Assembly (NCBI RefSeq): GCF_009914755.1
Contig: NC_060927.1
Source: the human T2T-CHM13v2.0 reference genome, Homo sapiens
Direction: 5' to 3' (one strand)
Length of the DNA: 64,000 nucleotides
Of the stretch, positions 28,239 to 43,087 are shown piece by piece. Position numbers and translations under genes: made by a program. Positions within the stretch are counted from its first letter, which is position 1. Each line of letters starts with the position of its first letter. Below the pieces are notes generated by a model, which was not told the origin of the DNA, did not search any database, and worked only from the letters and a program-made list of their open reading frames with translations.

Positions 28239-28665
28239 TGTATTAGTCAAGGTTCCCCAGAGAAACACAACCAATGGATGAGAGACAGAAGTGGGAGAGA
28301 CAGACAGAGAGAGATTTATTTTAAGGAATTGACTCACATGATTATGGAGACTAGCAAATTCAAAATCTGGAGGGTAGGTCAGCAGTCTGGAGACCAGGGA
28401 AGGTTTGATGCTGTAGCTCGAGGCCAAAGGTAGTATGCTGATAGAATTTTTTCTTTTTGAAGGGAAATTAGTCTTTTTTCTCTTAAGGCCTCCAACTGAT
28501 GGGATGAGGCCCATCCACAATATGGAGGTAAACTGCTTTATTTAAAGGTTGCTCATTTAAATATTAATCTTAAAAAAATACCTTCACAGCCACATTAGAC
28601 TAGCATTTGACCAAATATCTGGGTACCATGATGTAGTCAAGGTGACACACAAAATTAACCATCAC
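28239..28665 (-). mobile_element. MLT2-type (ERV-L) solo LTR
   Basis: tgtattagtcaaggttccccagagaaaca...aaaattaaccatcac. Confidence 0.8.
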
Positions 28666-29221
28666 CAGCTCCATGACAGCTAATTTGTTCTTGAACACAA
28701 CAGCAGGTGATGCTACTAAAAATAAGACGTTGTTTGCCACGTGCTATTACATTTTGTAAAGTTCTATTTGAACATGTTCCTCTTACTACCTACCCAGGAA
28801 AATACCAGTAACCTAGGGGAGGCCCAGCAGGCTCTAATGGTCTAATGGTCTGAAACTTCAGGCTTTATTTTCATTCCAGGCTGCTGGCAGGCAAAAATGT
28901 TTAGTATTGAAAAGATATATAACCTCTGTGGGGTAGCAGCTTTACTAGGCATGACCACATTTCTACAGGAAGAGTTTGAATTTCAGTTTTCAGGAAACCC
29001 TATATTTGGCAAATTTGGGTGATATGTCAAGCCCCATAAATAAAAGCAGGCCAGGTTATATATAATTATACTGATTACCTTTCCAGTCCACTTTTTGATG
29101 CCAGAACCTGAGGTAGTATATTTAGGTATTAGTTTCTCACATGTTGCTCTCCTCTATTTCCTTCATACTTTGCATCAGAAAAAAAAAATGTTTCTTTCTC
29201 TCTGTCTCTCTATCTTTATGT

Positions 29222-29222
29222 A

Positions 29223-29262
<40 letters not shown>
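29222..29262. repeat. (TG)n(TA)n compound microsatellite
   Basis: Read directly from the sequence. Confidence 0.9.
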
Positions 29263-29264
<2 letters not shown>

Positions 29265-31249
29265 GGTACACTGAAAACAACTTGTTCTGCCAATATTCGA
29301 ACAACTGTTTTCCTTGTGAAAATGAAAGGCAGGTGTAGAAGAGATACCTCTTAGACTCCTCTCAATTCCAAAAATGTCAAGGAAAGTCAGGAACTTTCAG
29401 TGAACATATAAAGTAGCCTCAACTGTCAGAATTGAAAATCTCCTTGAGCAGTCTTTAGACCACCACACATTTCTAGTATTTGCTTGCCCCATCTTAAAGG
29501 ATGGGAATTTTCTGTATTACAGTGAAAATTCAATGTCTAAAATCAAAATCAGATACAGCACCTTTCCTATGAGCTCTGGTAAACATTGGCAAGTTGCAGA
29601 AGATAAAGCCTGACGTCAAAGGAAATTAAGCTAACAACGTGAGCTCTTCTCTTATTCCAATCTTACCTCCTTGGTCCAAATTCCCTGCTTGGGACCAATA
29701 CCAAAAGCCACCAGAACTTTTCTTTCCTTTATTTACTGATCACATACTATATAATTAATACAGCTCTATAAATCATGAAAGTCCTTGTCTTGGAAGAACT
29801 CTCTGTTTAGCCCTCGGAAAAAAAAATATGCACATAATTATAACATGTCTGGTTAAGTAACAGATTTATGCAGCAATAGCATGGGGACAAAGGAAGGGCA
29901 TTGGAGGCACTAGGCAACATGCTTTCCTGGAAGGAGCTTCAGTGATGATGTCTGTATCACATGGTCAAAGGAGCAGCAGCAGTGCCATTAGCAGCACATA
30001 GTACCACCAAGGTGATGCTGGAGTACTCAACCAGGACAGCTTCCAAGTGGTTGCAAGCCAGGAGGCCTAAGGGACCAGGAGGAAGTGGGAGTTGGGAAAT
30101 ACCTTGATCATCTCCTCCATTTTGAGCCAAAGTTCTTGACTTAATGGAGCTGCAATTTCAACAGTTCCCCCTAATGAGAGCTGGGATGTGGAATAGGTGT
30201 TCAATAATTTGCATATACCCCAAGCTAGCATGCCTGAGAAAATACTTATTCTGTTATTTTCAGAGACTTCCAGATAATACCCCATTTCAATGAATTCAAC
30301 TTAGAAGTTTCAAAAAAGTTGCACCATATCGTAGTGCTTGAAGGAAGGTATTTATCACTGAATTGTAGATTCATATTTGTAGATGACAAGTTTTTAAGGA
30401 AAACAATGCCCCTAATCACTGATCTCAAGAGTCCTCTTAGAATAGTCAGTGGGTCAACGGAGTGGAATCTGCATGACATTCCTCTCACTAGCCCTTAGGT
30501 TTCTACACTGACCAAATAGTTTACCAGACTTTCACAAACCTAGCAAAGTCTTATCTATTCACATCTACATATAGATAAATTCACAGCAAACTTAAATGAC
30601 AGACAATTGTACAATCACGATCAGTATGTGTTAACTTTTTTTGATCTTTCAAATAACTTGGTCATTATATAATGAAGAAATGTATGCTGGGTTCACATAC
30701 CACTGAGAGCTATAAAGAAAATATGTCTTGTTTTCCCTGTGACTGGCCTGACGTTCCTCACCAGCCCCCTTGCCTGCATAGCACTGCAGTATGTGTGTAT
30801 GTGTGAGGAGATGGTGGAGGGGGTACAGACCTAGTTTAATCCACTAGTCGTATCTGTCTCTTTAGGTAACTTAGTTTCATCTTGGATTACTCATAAAAAG
30901 TTTCAGAGCCTCCTTTCCTCTATTAAGAGTGAGCAAGAAGTTCTGACACAAAATGTGCTTAAGAGCAGGGCAGTCAGTCACAGGATTATTGCTCTATTAC
31001 TTCTCTGTCTGCAGATAACTTGAAACCATCCTCTCTCCTTGCTTTGAAAAGCAATAAAATTCTTAGCCATACCCTCTGATCTTCCAACCCACTTGCTGGT
31101 CGGTTCTTTTCTCTCTGTCTTCTCCCTATAAACAGGTTTTTTATCTGCCTCATTTGGTAGCTTCGACTGCCAAATCTTACTCCGTATGAATTTCACAGTG
31201 GTTTTCTTCCTTACTGCATAGGCCTACTCCTCCCAGGAACTCTGGAGTG

Positions 31250-31735
31250 GCTGTTAATGGTGGCCTAAAGCATCCATTTTCCTTTCTTCCTTTCCAACAG
31301 AATGGAAGATATCCACCCCTTTCTGGCCAGGTATCTACTTCTTTCTGACTCAGCCCACAACCTCAATAGCCTGACTAGCCAAAGAGTTATCTAATAACTT
31401 TTCCCACTGTTGGTTCTGGAGTGAACGTGTGACCCAAATCAACTAAAGGTCTCCAGAGGAAACGTTTCCTTATGCTTGAGGGACCTTTCAGGAAGCAAGT
31501 CTTTCCTACACCAGAAGTGGAAGTAAAAGCATGTAGCCCTGATTGCAGCTGGCAGCTGTGGGAAACTGTCCTCAGAATGAAGCCTGTGTTCAGCAGAACC
31601 TAGAGCTGAAAAGCATCTGAGTCCATGAACCTGAAGCCCAGTGAATCTATGATGTATAGTTACACGAGTCGATGGTTTTCAACATGGCTTAAGCTAATTT
31701 GACAAACTTGTGGCTGAAAGTATTCTAACAGACGC
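31250..31735 (+). mobile_element. Ancient ERVL/MaLR LTR (LTR16/LTR33/MLT1K-like)
   Basis: Ends acttgtggctgaaagtattctaacagac, resembling ancient LTR termini; heavily diverged. Confidence 0.4.
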
Positions 31736-32387
31736 AAACTTCGTTGGACATTTTAAAGTATGTACTCTGTGGAAAAGCAACTGATAATTGCCTTTTTTAG
31801 TTATAGGTGCATGAATAATTCACTCTGCCTGAGTGTTCTTGAAAAATGTGGAAAAATTGTTCCTTATATATCCACTTGTAGACCCTTTACCTTTCTATAT
31901 TATCTCTTAATGGCCTCATCTGCTCACGTAAATAACTTAAAATTTAATCTCTACATTTAAAGGAAGACTATTTCATGGTAAACCCCTGAGAAGAAATTTT
32001 TGTGCTTTTAGCATGCTCACCATTTACAGGTAAGAAGACAAAAATACTGAGAAGAAAAAGATTTGCTCAAACCTACAAATTTCCATAATCTAGGTAATTG
32101 TCACAAGTACAAATCACTGTAGGACAATTGAGCAAACATACAAAAGGTTGTGACTTTGACAAGCTGGATCCAGATTCTTAACTTTGCCAGTACAATTCTA
32201 CTTTGGTGATATATGAAGATTATTACACTATCAAAAAGAGAGGTCCTTGGGGAGACTGTAAGCTATTAGTTTCAAAAGATTCTCATCTTCTTGAAGACAG
32301 ATGTAGGAAAATCATATTGACCATGCTTACAGTAGAGTAAAAAAAATAGCCATTCTACATTGAAGGAACATACAAATCACATTTCCT

Positions 32388-32680
32388 CTTTTGTGTGACG
32401 TAATCTCCCTCTGTTACCCAGGCTGGGGTGCAGTAGCACCATCTCGGCTCATGGGAGCCTCTGCCTGATGGGTTCAAGCTGTTCTCGTGCCTCAGCCTCC
32501 TGAGTAGCTGGGATTACAGGCGTGCACCACCATGTCTGGCTAAATTTTTTATTTTTAGTAGAGACAAGATTCTGCCATGTTGGCCAGACTGGTTTCAAAC
32601 TCCTGGACTCAAGTGATCTGCCCACCTTGGCCTCCCAAAGTGCTGGGATTGCCGGGGTGAGCCACCTCACCATGCCTGCC
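32388..32680 (-). mobile_element. Alu with almost no A-tail
   Basis: Antisense dimer; TSD caca(t/c)ttcctcttt. Confidence 0.85.
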
Positions 32681-32908
32681 CACACTTCCTCTTTTAAATA
32701 ACCCTTTAAGTGCTGCATCTTTATGAAGGTTTTTTTAATTTGAATCTTCTTAATTTTTGGCTCACAAACCTTTATAAGAGAGCTAGAAAAGAAAAATAAG
32801 GTTGAAATAAAATCAATTGGTTGTTCTGTGGTTATTTTAAGAAGTGTAATTTAAGTTTCATTTAAGAAAGTTTTCTGTAATAAAATTTGGATTATTTTAT
32901 TTTTGTCA

Positions 32909-33250
<342 letters not shown>

Positions 33251-34322
33251 TTTAATTCAAATATAATTTTAAATAAGACCTTGAAAATATACCAATCAAG
33301 TAAAATTGCTTCAATAGGGTATTTGCTGGGGGATTTCCAATTATTCAAGGGGATAAAGCTGGCACATTGGTGAGAAGACCACCCACATACTCTTTACATC
33401 TAGAAAGTGTAGTTTTCTTAGGTACGTGGGCAATCCTAAACACTTGTGCCAGATTTCCTTTCCTTGCCAAAGCACTGAAGAATCTTGGCAGCTAAACAAA
33501 GAATTGAACCCTACATTTTCTATCAGGTAAGTAGAGTTCTGGCTAGATGAAAGCATGATAACAGTAAAACAAAGAGGAAATCCTTAATACCCAACAGTAA
33601 TGCCGCAGTTTTGCTCCACGGCCAGGGTAGGAATGCAGGATCTTTGGCAATTCTGCCAGGGGAGGTGTAGTCATGTGGTGGTGGCGTGGGAGTGGGTGCA
33701 GGGAGTGGTTTGATCAGCTGAACCAGAGCCGTCTGAGAGAAGGTTCTATGGCTCTCTTCTTCTGGGAGCAGCCTGCCTCTAGGAGGCTGCTCATTATTTA
33801 GGATGAGTAGTAAGGGAGAAATTACTGCCTCTGCTGATGATGATGATGGAAATGACGTGATGATTTAGAAAAAGAAAATGATGATGGCCGACATTTATTG
33901 AGTTCTTGCTATGAACTGCAGTTAAACGCAAATGCTTTTTGTGCATTAGCTCATGTCACAATGTCCAAGAGAAAAAAGGAAAGGAAAAACAAACAAAAAA
34001 CAGAGGTGCTACTAAGTCACTTCCTTATAATTTCTCACCTAGAACAACCTGCAAACTAGTCTCTTTAGGCTTGTCCTGTTCAAATTGATCCTCCAACCTA
34101 TCAAACTGACTTATTTAAGACAGAAATGTGACCACATCCTTCCTCTAACCTTTTAACCAGCTGTCTGTTGCCTACCAGGCAAAATCCAGGGCCCTTAGTA
34201 TGGCTTTTAAGGAGAGCCTTTCAGAACTGAGCTCCTACTGCCTCTGCAGCCTAAGCTCTTACCACACCCGACTACCTTCTGGCCAAATCCCACTCTGTTA
34301 TGACTCGGTTAAGGAAAGACCA

Positions 34323-34639
34323 GGCCGGGCGCGGTAGCTCACGCCTGTAATCCCAGCACTTTGGGAGGCCCAGGTGGGCGGATCACGAGGTCAGGAGATA
34401 GATACCATCCTAGCTAACACGGTGAAACCCCATCTCTACTAAAAATACAAAAAATTAGCCGGGTGTTGTGGCAGGCGCCTGTAGTCCCAGCTACTCGGGA
34501 GGCTGAGGCGGAGAATGGCGTCAACCCGGGAGGCGGAGCTTGCAGTGAGCCGAGATTGGAGATTGTGCCATTGCACGCCGGCCTGAGCGACAGAGCGAGA
34601 CGAGAATCCGTCTCAAAAAAAAAAAAAAAAAAAAAAAAA
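34323..34639 (+). mobile_element. AluY with two private micro-duplications, inserted in L2
   Basis: AluY motifs; gagattg-gagattg and cgaga-cgaga duplications; TSD aaggaaagacca. Confidence 0.9.
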
Positions 34640-35437
34640 GGAAAGACCAAAAACTGAGCAACTCGGTTCAGACTGTTTCTTCCTGGGAAGCTTCATGCTC
34701 ACCCACTTGTTCAACTGCATTATAAATATGCTACACTGTGAGCTTCTGTGGGTAGAGTCTCAGGGCTTACTAGAGTGCTTGGCACAGTCTAAGGGCTCAG
34801 TACATATTTCCAAATGAAAACAATGAAAAGATAGACATGGAAGTCTGGCAGAAGGAGATAAAAATGTCACCTTCATTACTATAAAGCTGACAAAGGAGGG
34901 TATAGCTTACGTGCAGTGCAACAGAGGACTTCCTAAAACTGCATTCCAAAATTAGGTAGACTAACAGCTATTCACAGTGCACCTCCCCATAGGGGCCTGC
35001 CTCTGTAAACCAGACCACAAAGGAGCTCAGCCACTGTAGCTCCTGAGGTCAGCTAGCTCTCAACTACACAGAACCAGTGTATTTCCCAAATGCTCCCATG
35101 GAAGAGTTTCCCCTTCTCTTCTGGGGCAGAGTGAACCAACTGGGAGAGAAAGGCCAAGAGAGTTATAGCAACTGAAGTCCAACTGCTTTGTAAACACAGA
35201 GGCAGCTGAAGTTGCCCTGCCCCAGCCCCAATATCCTCCTGTGCACTGATTGATTTAGATGCTGGTAATGCTTCCTACCAGTGACAGGGAACTTCCAGTC
35301 TATCTGTCAATGGATCATCTTTTGATTTCCCCTATCTAATTTCCCCTGCTCAGGTAATCTATGAACACATATTGAATGACATACTTAATAAACATTTTAT
35401 CAATATTTTTAAATAGTTTTGGCTTTTAAAAGACTGT

Positions 35438-35747
35438 GGCCAGGCACAGTGGTTCACGCCTGTAATCCCAGCACTTTGGGAGGTTGAGGCTGGCGGATCG
35501 TTTGAGCCCAGGAGTTCGAGACCAGACTGACAACACAGGGAGACCCTGTCTCTACAAAAATTAGCCGGGTGTGGTGGTGTGCACTGGTAGTTCCAGTTGC
35601 TCAGGAGGTGAATGTGGAAGAATCATTTGAGCCTGGAGGCAGAGGATGCAGTGACTAGCCAAGATTGCGCCACAGCACTCCAGCCTGGGCGACAGAGTGA
35701 GATCTGTCTCAAAAACAAAATGAACAAACAAACAAACAAACAAAAAA
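35438..35747 (+). mobile_element. AluJ-like
   Basis: Dimer with a shortened middle A-linker and (AAAC)n tail. Confidence 0.85.
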
Positions 35748-36336
35748 GATTATACCTTCCACTTGACTCAGTCAATTTAATGAAACCTAGAAAACATCTA
35801 TTGAGTCCCTGCCAAATGCCACACACTGTGTAGTATAAATATGAAGACATCACAGTGGTCCTCTGGTATTAGCCAACCAGCCAAACCTACTGGATCTTTT
35901 CTCTTAGAGGAAAGGGAATATAGACGCTTGTTAGATCAAAAGGAACACATATAAATGTTGACAATGTTTTTTCTAATTTCCAAATGTTTTTCTGAGTAGC
36001 TAAGTGACTGTTCACCCAGAGTTTTAGACATTTCCCTTCTCCTATTGACAGCATTAATTAGAGCCAACACACTAAAATTCTAAAAAGTCATGGAAACCTC
36101 TGAAGGGCCATTTATCTTCCCACATCTCTCCCACATTGCCCCATCTCGCAAAGGCATGCAATTACTAAAGAGAAGAACTGGGTGAAAGAGTTGGATGGAT
36201 TGTTCAAATCCATCACTATGACTGAAAAACAACTCAAACTAGCCAATGGATTGTTTCTCCTCCCTAAAGGAAGGTATCATGCTCACTCAACTCTCCCATC
36301 CTGGATTCCTGGTTCTTCCATTATTCTTTTGTTTAA

Positions 36337-36688
<352 letters not shown>

Positions 36689-36851
36689 AACATCTGATAT
36701 TTCTAAGAATTCTATTTTGTATATTATTTAACTAGGTTCTAGAAGACCACCCACAGTTTTTCACTAGATCCTAAACTCACAATACTTTTTTTTGTTTTTT
36801 TTATTTCATATCACCTTACATTTTCTTATCACCAAACTGACAGAACTATTC

Positions 36852-36854
<3 letters not shown>

Positions 36855-36899
<45 letters not shown>
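36855..36899. repeat. (CA)n microsatellite
   Basis: Read directly from the sequence. Confidence 0.95.
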
Positions 36900-36900
<1 letters not shown>

Positions 36901-37452
36901 CAAAACCAAGAATTCCTAAAAGATTTAGATTCAGAGTCTACTCTCAATTTCAACTTCTTAGCCAAGCCACTAAAGAGAAATTTGTAATTTTGTTTCTCCT
37001 ATCCACTCACCAACTATAGTAAATGATGCATATAAAGCTACTAAAATTTGGAGCAGGCCTCCACTTTCTCTGCATTGTTCCTGACTGCCAGAAAAACAGC
37101 TTTTACTCTTTCCTCCTACTTCGAGGCCTCTATCAGATTAGTGGTGGCAGCATAAAGTAATTTCTAAAGGTACTTCCATTTTCACTTTGCAATTGCTTGG
37201 AAGCATATATTGCTTAATAAGCAGGGAAACTGAGGCTGGTATTTCTGCTTAGAAAGAAACGAGACTGACAAAATTAAAGCAATCTAAAATTCTTTATCTT
37301 ACATGCGACATTTTTCTGTTAATTTATGAGATATCATATGGCTTGATAACAGTGATTTAAAAAAAAGAATATATGTGGCTTCATGGGTATGTATAAATCT
37401 TTTGTTCTGAAATACCATGAATAAGGAACATGGCAAAAAAAAAAAAAAAAAG

Positions 37453-38027
<575 letters not shown>

Positions 38028-39550
38028 CTACCTATACTTAATCAGAATCTACAGGAGATACGATAAATAAAAGAAAATTGTAGATAGTAGAATCATAAAT
38101 ATTTTAGGGACTTCTGCAAATCACTTTGCATATGCATTTTTTAAAATCTCAAATGTATTATTTATACTTATACAATATGCATTAAATATTGAAAAGGATT
38201 TCGAAAGAGACTTTCACGTATTAAAAAAATTCATCATTGGGCTTTGAAGATAATGTTTATTTAATAAAAACATCCAAGTGTTTCTTTGCCCAAAGCATTT
38301 TAAAGTAATGAAGAGAAAGTGGGTCTTCCCATGAGCACATTTGTAGGGACAGTAGGGGGGAGTTTGCAAAAATTTTCTTACAGTCATCAATTTAAACCCA
38401 TCTGGAGAAGCAATCAGTAATTCTATAATAAAACACTGGCTCTACAACATACCACTATAATACCCCATGTGGGATCCATTTTTATAATGTGCTTACCCTA
38501 TATTTAATATGTCTCAATACATAGTATTGTTCAAGACCAAGTTTGAATACCTGCTAATTTCACATGAGAAGAGGCAGACAGGGATATCTATCTGTATCTA
38601 TCTAAACAGATAGATAATATAGATTATAGTTATAGGTATGGGTGATATAGATACGAATGCAGTGCAGATATAGATACATACCAACTTAAAAATGTAAATA
38701 AGTTTAAGGTGGGAATAGGCAAATTAATAAAGATTAGTTTCACAAGTAGGATGTTGTAGTACCTTCTGCCTCTCCTATTATGTTGAATCCAGGGTAAATT
38801 ATTGGTCAGTCAGACAGATGTCCTAAGCTGGCCTTTAGGGTGAACAAGGCTGTGTCAGAGAGAGTTACTCCCTCCAATCCTAGGACCCAGCAGCAGTAAA
38901 AATGATCTGTGGTGCTGCTTCCCATGACACTGGCTCATGAGTTTTGCCTTTGACCCTCCAGTCTTAGCTGCAAGCTCTATTCATATCAACCACATCTTCT
39001 CTGAGCCCTACAAGAACCACAACCTGGAAAGCCTGCCCAGATACACCCTTGACTGCTGCCAGCAACTACCACAACTCTAACCACAATCCAACCCTTTGGT
39101 ACAGCACCACTTCATACCAAATACAAGTTAATCTACATCTCTTTTTCTTTTTACAAGTTAATCTATATCTAATCAGTTTCTTTCCCCTGAATCCAACAAT
39201 CTTTTCAACTTTACTGCTTCTGTTAATGGCATTGTTTGCTTTAATGGTATGAAATTTGCAAATATAATATGTTCTTATTTTTTAAAAAAACAAAAAACAA
39301 AAAAACAAAAAGATAAACTGTACCAATTAATCAAAGTAAATCTTGTAAGACCACTCCATTCCCACATCCTTCCATCCCCATTCCCCAGAGGAAAACAGCA
39401 TTAATCTTAGTGTTGTTATTTTCCGACACTTAGGCTTTTTCCCGCTGTTAACAAAAATCATATGGCATTATATATATATAATGCCATTATATATGTAATA
39501 TTATATATTATCTCTATATATATAGATACATATCAACTTAAAAATGTAAA

Positions 39551-41358
39551 TAATGCCATTATATATATAATATATATAATAGAATTATACATATAATATA
39601 TATAATAGAATTATACATATAATATATATAATAGAATTATACATATAATATATATAATAGAATTATACATATAATATATATAATAGAATTATACATATAA
39701 TATATAATAGAATTATACATATAATATATATAATGGAATTATACATATAATATATATAATGGAATTATACATATAATATATATAATAGAATTATACATAT
39801 AATATATAATAGAATTATACATATAATATATATAATAGAATTATACATATAATATATATAATAGAATTATACATATAATATATATAATAGAATTATACAT
39901 ATAATATATATAATAGAATTATACATATAATATATATAATAGAATTATACATATAATATATATAATAGAATTATACATATAATATATATAATAGAATTAT
40001 ACATATAATATATATAATAGAATTATACATATAATATATATAATAGAATTATACATATAATATATATAATAGAATTATACATATAATATATATAATAGAA
40101 TTATATATATAATATATATAATAGAATTATATATATAATATATATAATAGAATTATATATATAATATATATAATAGAATTATATATATAATATATATAAT
40201 AGAATTATATATATAATATATATAATAGAATTATATATATTATATATATAATAGAATTATATATATTATATATAATAGAATTATATATATTATATATATA
40301 ATAGAATTATATATTATATATATAATTGTATTATATATATTATATATATAATACAATTACATATATAATATATATAATACAATTACATATATAATATATA
40401 TAATACAATTACATATATAATATATATAATACAATTACATATATAATATATATAATACAATTACATATATAATATATATAATACAATTACATATATAATA
40501 TATATAATACAATTACATATATAATATATATAATACAATTACATATATAATATATATAATACAATTACATATATAATATATATAATACAATTACATATAT
40601 AATATATATAATACAATTACATATATAATATATATAATACAATTACATATATAATATATATAATACAATTACATATATAATATATATAATTGAATTACAT
40701 ATATAATATATATAATTGAATTACATATATAATATATATAATTGAATTACATATAATATATATAATTGAATTACATATAATATATATAATTGAATTACAT
40801 ATAATATATATAATTGAATTATATATATAATATATGTAATTGAATTATATATATAATATATGTAATTGAATTATATATATAATATATGTAATTGAATTAT
40901 ATATATAATATATGTAATAGAATTATATATAATATATGTAATAGAATTATATATATAATATATGTAATAGAATTATATATAATATATGTAATGGAATTAT
41001 ATATATAATATATGTAATAGAATTATATATAATATATGTAATAGAATTATATATATAATATATGTAATAGAATTATATATAATATATGTAATAGAATTAT
41101 ATATATTATATATGTAATAGAATTATATATATTATATATGTAATAGAATTATATATATTATATATGTAATAGAATTATATATATATTATATGTAATAGAA
41201 TTATATATATTATATATGTAATAGAATTATATATGTAATAGAATTATATATATTATGTATATAATAGAATTATATATATAATTCTATTATATACATAATA
41301 TATATAATTCTATTATATACATAATATATATAATTCTATTATATATATAATGGCATTA
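39551..41358. repeat. AT-rich minisatellite/VNTR, ~26-bp unit (aatagaattatacatataatatatat and variants), inside an antisense L1ME-like fragment
   Basis: The G of gaatt recurs at 39582, 39608 and 39634 (period 26, some units 24). L1ME-like flanks at about 39300-39460 and 41440-41730. Confidence 0.95.
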
Positions 41359-42556
41359 TATATAATATATATATCAGATGACTATATATATAGTCATCTG
41401 ATTTTTATATATATGTGTGTATATATATACACACATATAGCTTTACAACTTGCTCTTTTCACTTACAACTTATCATTCAGGTCAGTTTATCTAGATTTAC
41501 CTCATTTTCATATCATTTGATTGTATGAACATATAGTAGTCTACTTAACCATGACCTTACTGATGGTATTATAGTTTCTCAACACTGTGTTATCACAAAC
41601 AAGGATGCAGTAAATATCTCTGACATATAACTTTAAGTACTCTTGCCCTCATTTCTTTATAAGACAAATTTTTAGAAGTGAAATTGTTGAATCATAGGGG
41701 ATCCTTTAATAAATGCTGCCAAATTATTGAGACCAATTTTGGACTTGCTTTTCTTATTTTAACTTTTTCCTTGGTAGACTCAAACCCAGCCAATCAAAGA
41801 CTATGGAAATTTCCTTTGTAATATCATCCTGCAATTTATTCCTGACCTGATATCCCCTTGGCTATATTTTTAAGTCTTTTTTAGACCCTAACATTCTTGG
41901 ACACTGACTTTAGCTTCGGAACTGGTTTTTATATATCCTTTCTACACATTATTGCCATAGTAATCTTCTCAAACCTTGCCTTATGCATATCACACCTTTG
42001 TAATTTTCCATGAGTCCCTAATGCCTAAAAAAGGAACCTTAACTATGCTTCAAGATCCCTCACAATCAGGCTACAATCCTTCTCATTTTGTCCCAAAATT
42101 TAAGAGAGAATGAGAGAGAGATTTACCATGAGCCTCTCATTCTTAGGCACTTGCACATGCCTTAAATATTTAATCCTTATATCAGTTTCAGAGTTTAATG
42201 ATATTTTTATTACCATAAAAATATAGAAACTGATGGATTGGGGAAGAAACTTGCTTCCCATCACACAGCTGTAGCATCTAGAGCTGTGGTTTGTGTAGTA
42301 TATCTGACTGCTAAGGTCATGTACTTAACTATCAAGCCATATTTCAACTCAATTTAGCAAATATTTATTCAACATATACTACATGCAAAGTACTTTATTA
42401 AGTGTTACAGAGATTTAAAAATGTGAAACGGATGGCACACAATTGACACTTAATAATGGTGCCTGCTTCCCCAGCAGCAGCTCCTTCCAGGTAGCTATAC
42501 TTTATGCCATGTGACTCTGCCTCTGTCAATAGCTGGTGAAAATAATGGTAGGCACC

Positions 42557-43087
42557 TGTTCCCACTGTCGATTGCAGTGTAACAGACACCCCAAAACTCA
42601 GCAGCTTAAAACAATGACAGTATTTATGCTGCTCCAACTCTGCAATTTAGCTAAGGTTCAGAGAGAACATCTTGTCTCTGCTTCACTCAGCATCAGCTGG
42701 GGACACGAAAAGGATAGGACTAGGAATCATCTGAAATCTTACTCACTTGTCTGGAGGTTGGTGCTTGCTGTCAGCTGGGTCCTCAGCAGGAGCTGTCACC
42801 AGGAACACCTTACATAGTGACCCCATGTAGTCTTTCCTCTTCCTCACGACTCAGGGCCTAGGTTCCAAGGGCTAGCTTCTCCGAAGGGCCAGGAAGAAGT
42901 TGTCTGCCTTTTAGAGCTTAGCCTTGAAAAGCACATAGCATAGCATCACTTCCACTAGTATTTACAGGCCCATCCAGATCCAAGGGGAGAAATGTAGACC
43001 CCACCTCATGATGGAGGGCTGCCAATGTCACATGGTGGCATGAGCATGTAAGCCAGTGGGGCCATTTTTGTAATACAATCTGCCACA
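42557..43087 (-). mobile_element. MLT1 (F/G/H-like) solo LTR
   Basis: gtgtaaca...ccaaaactcagcagcttaaaacaa...aatctgccaca. Confidence 0.7.

Noticed and set aside
33524-33532. Perfect donor CAG|GTAAGT
   Set aside because: No convincing partner acceptor, ORF or promoter; isolated consensus matches occur by chance. RNA-seq would be needed.
34552-34605. AluYb8 call from a 7-bp duplication
   Set aside because: The duplication (gagattg) is not the Yb8 diagnostic one; it looks like private slippage.
39122-39170. 19-nt near-tandem duplication tacaagttaatcta(c/t)atct
   Set aside because: Ordinary local slippage; too short to interpret.
39551-41358. CRISPR-like array
   Set aside because: Head-to-tail low-complexity units with no unique spacers and no cas genes, in primate DNA.
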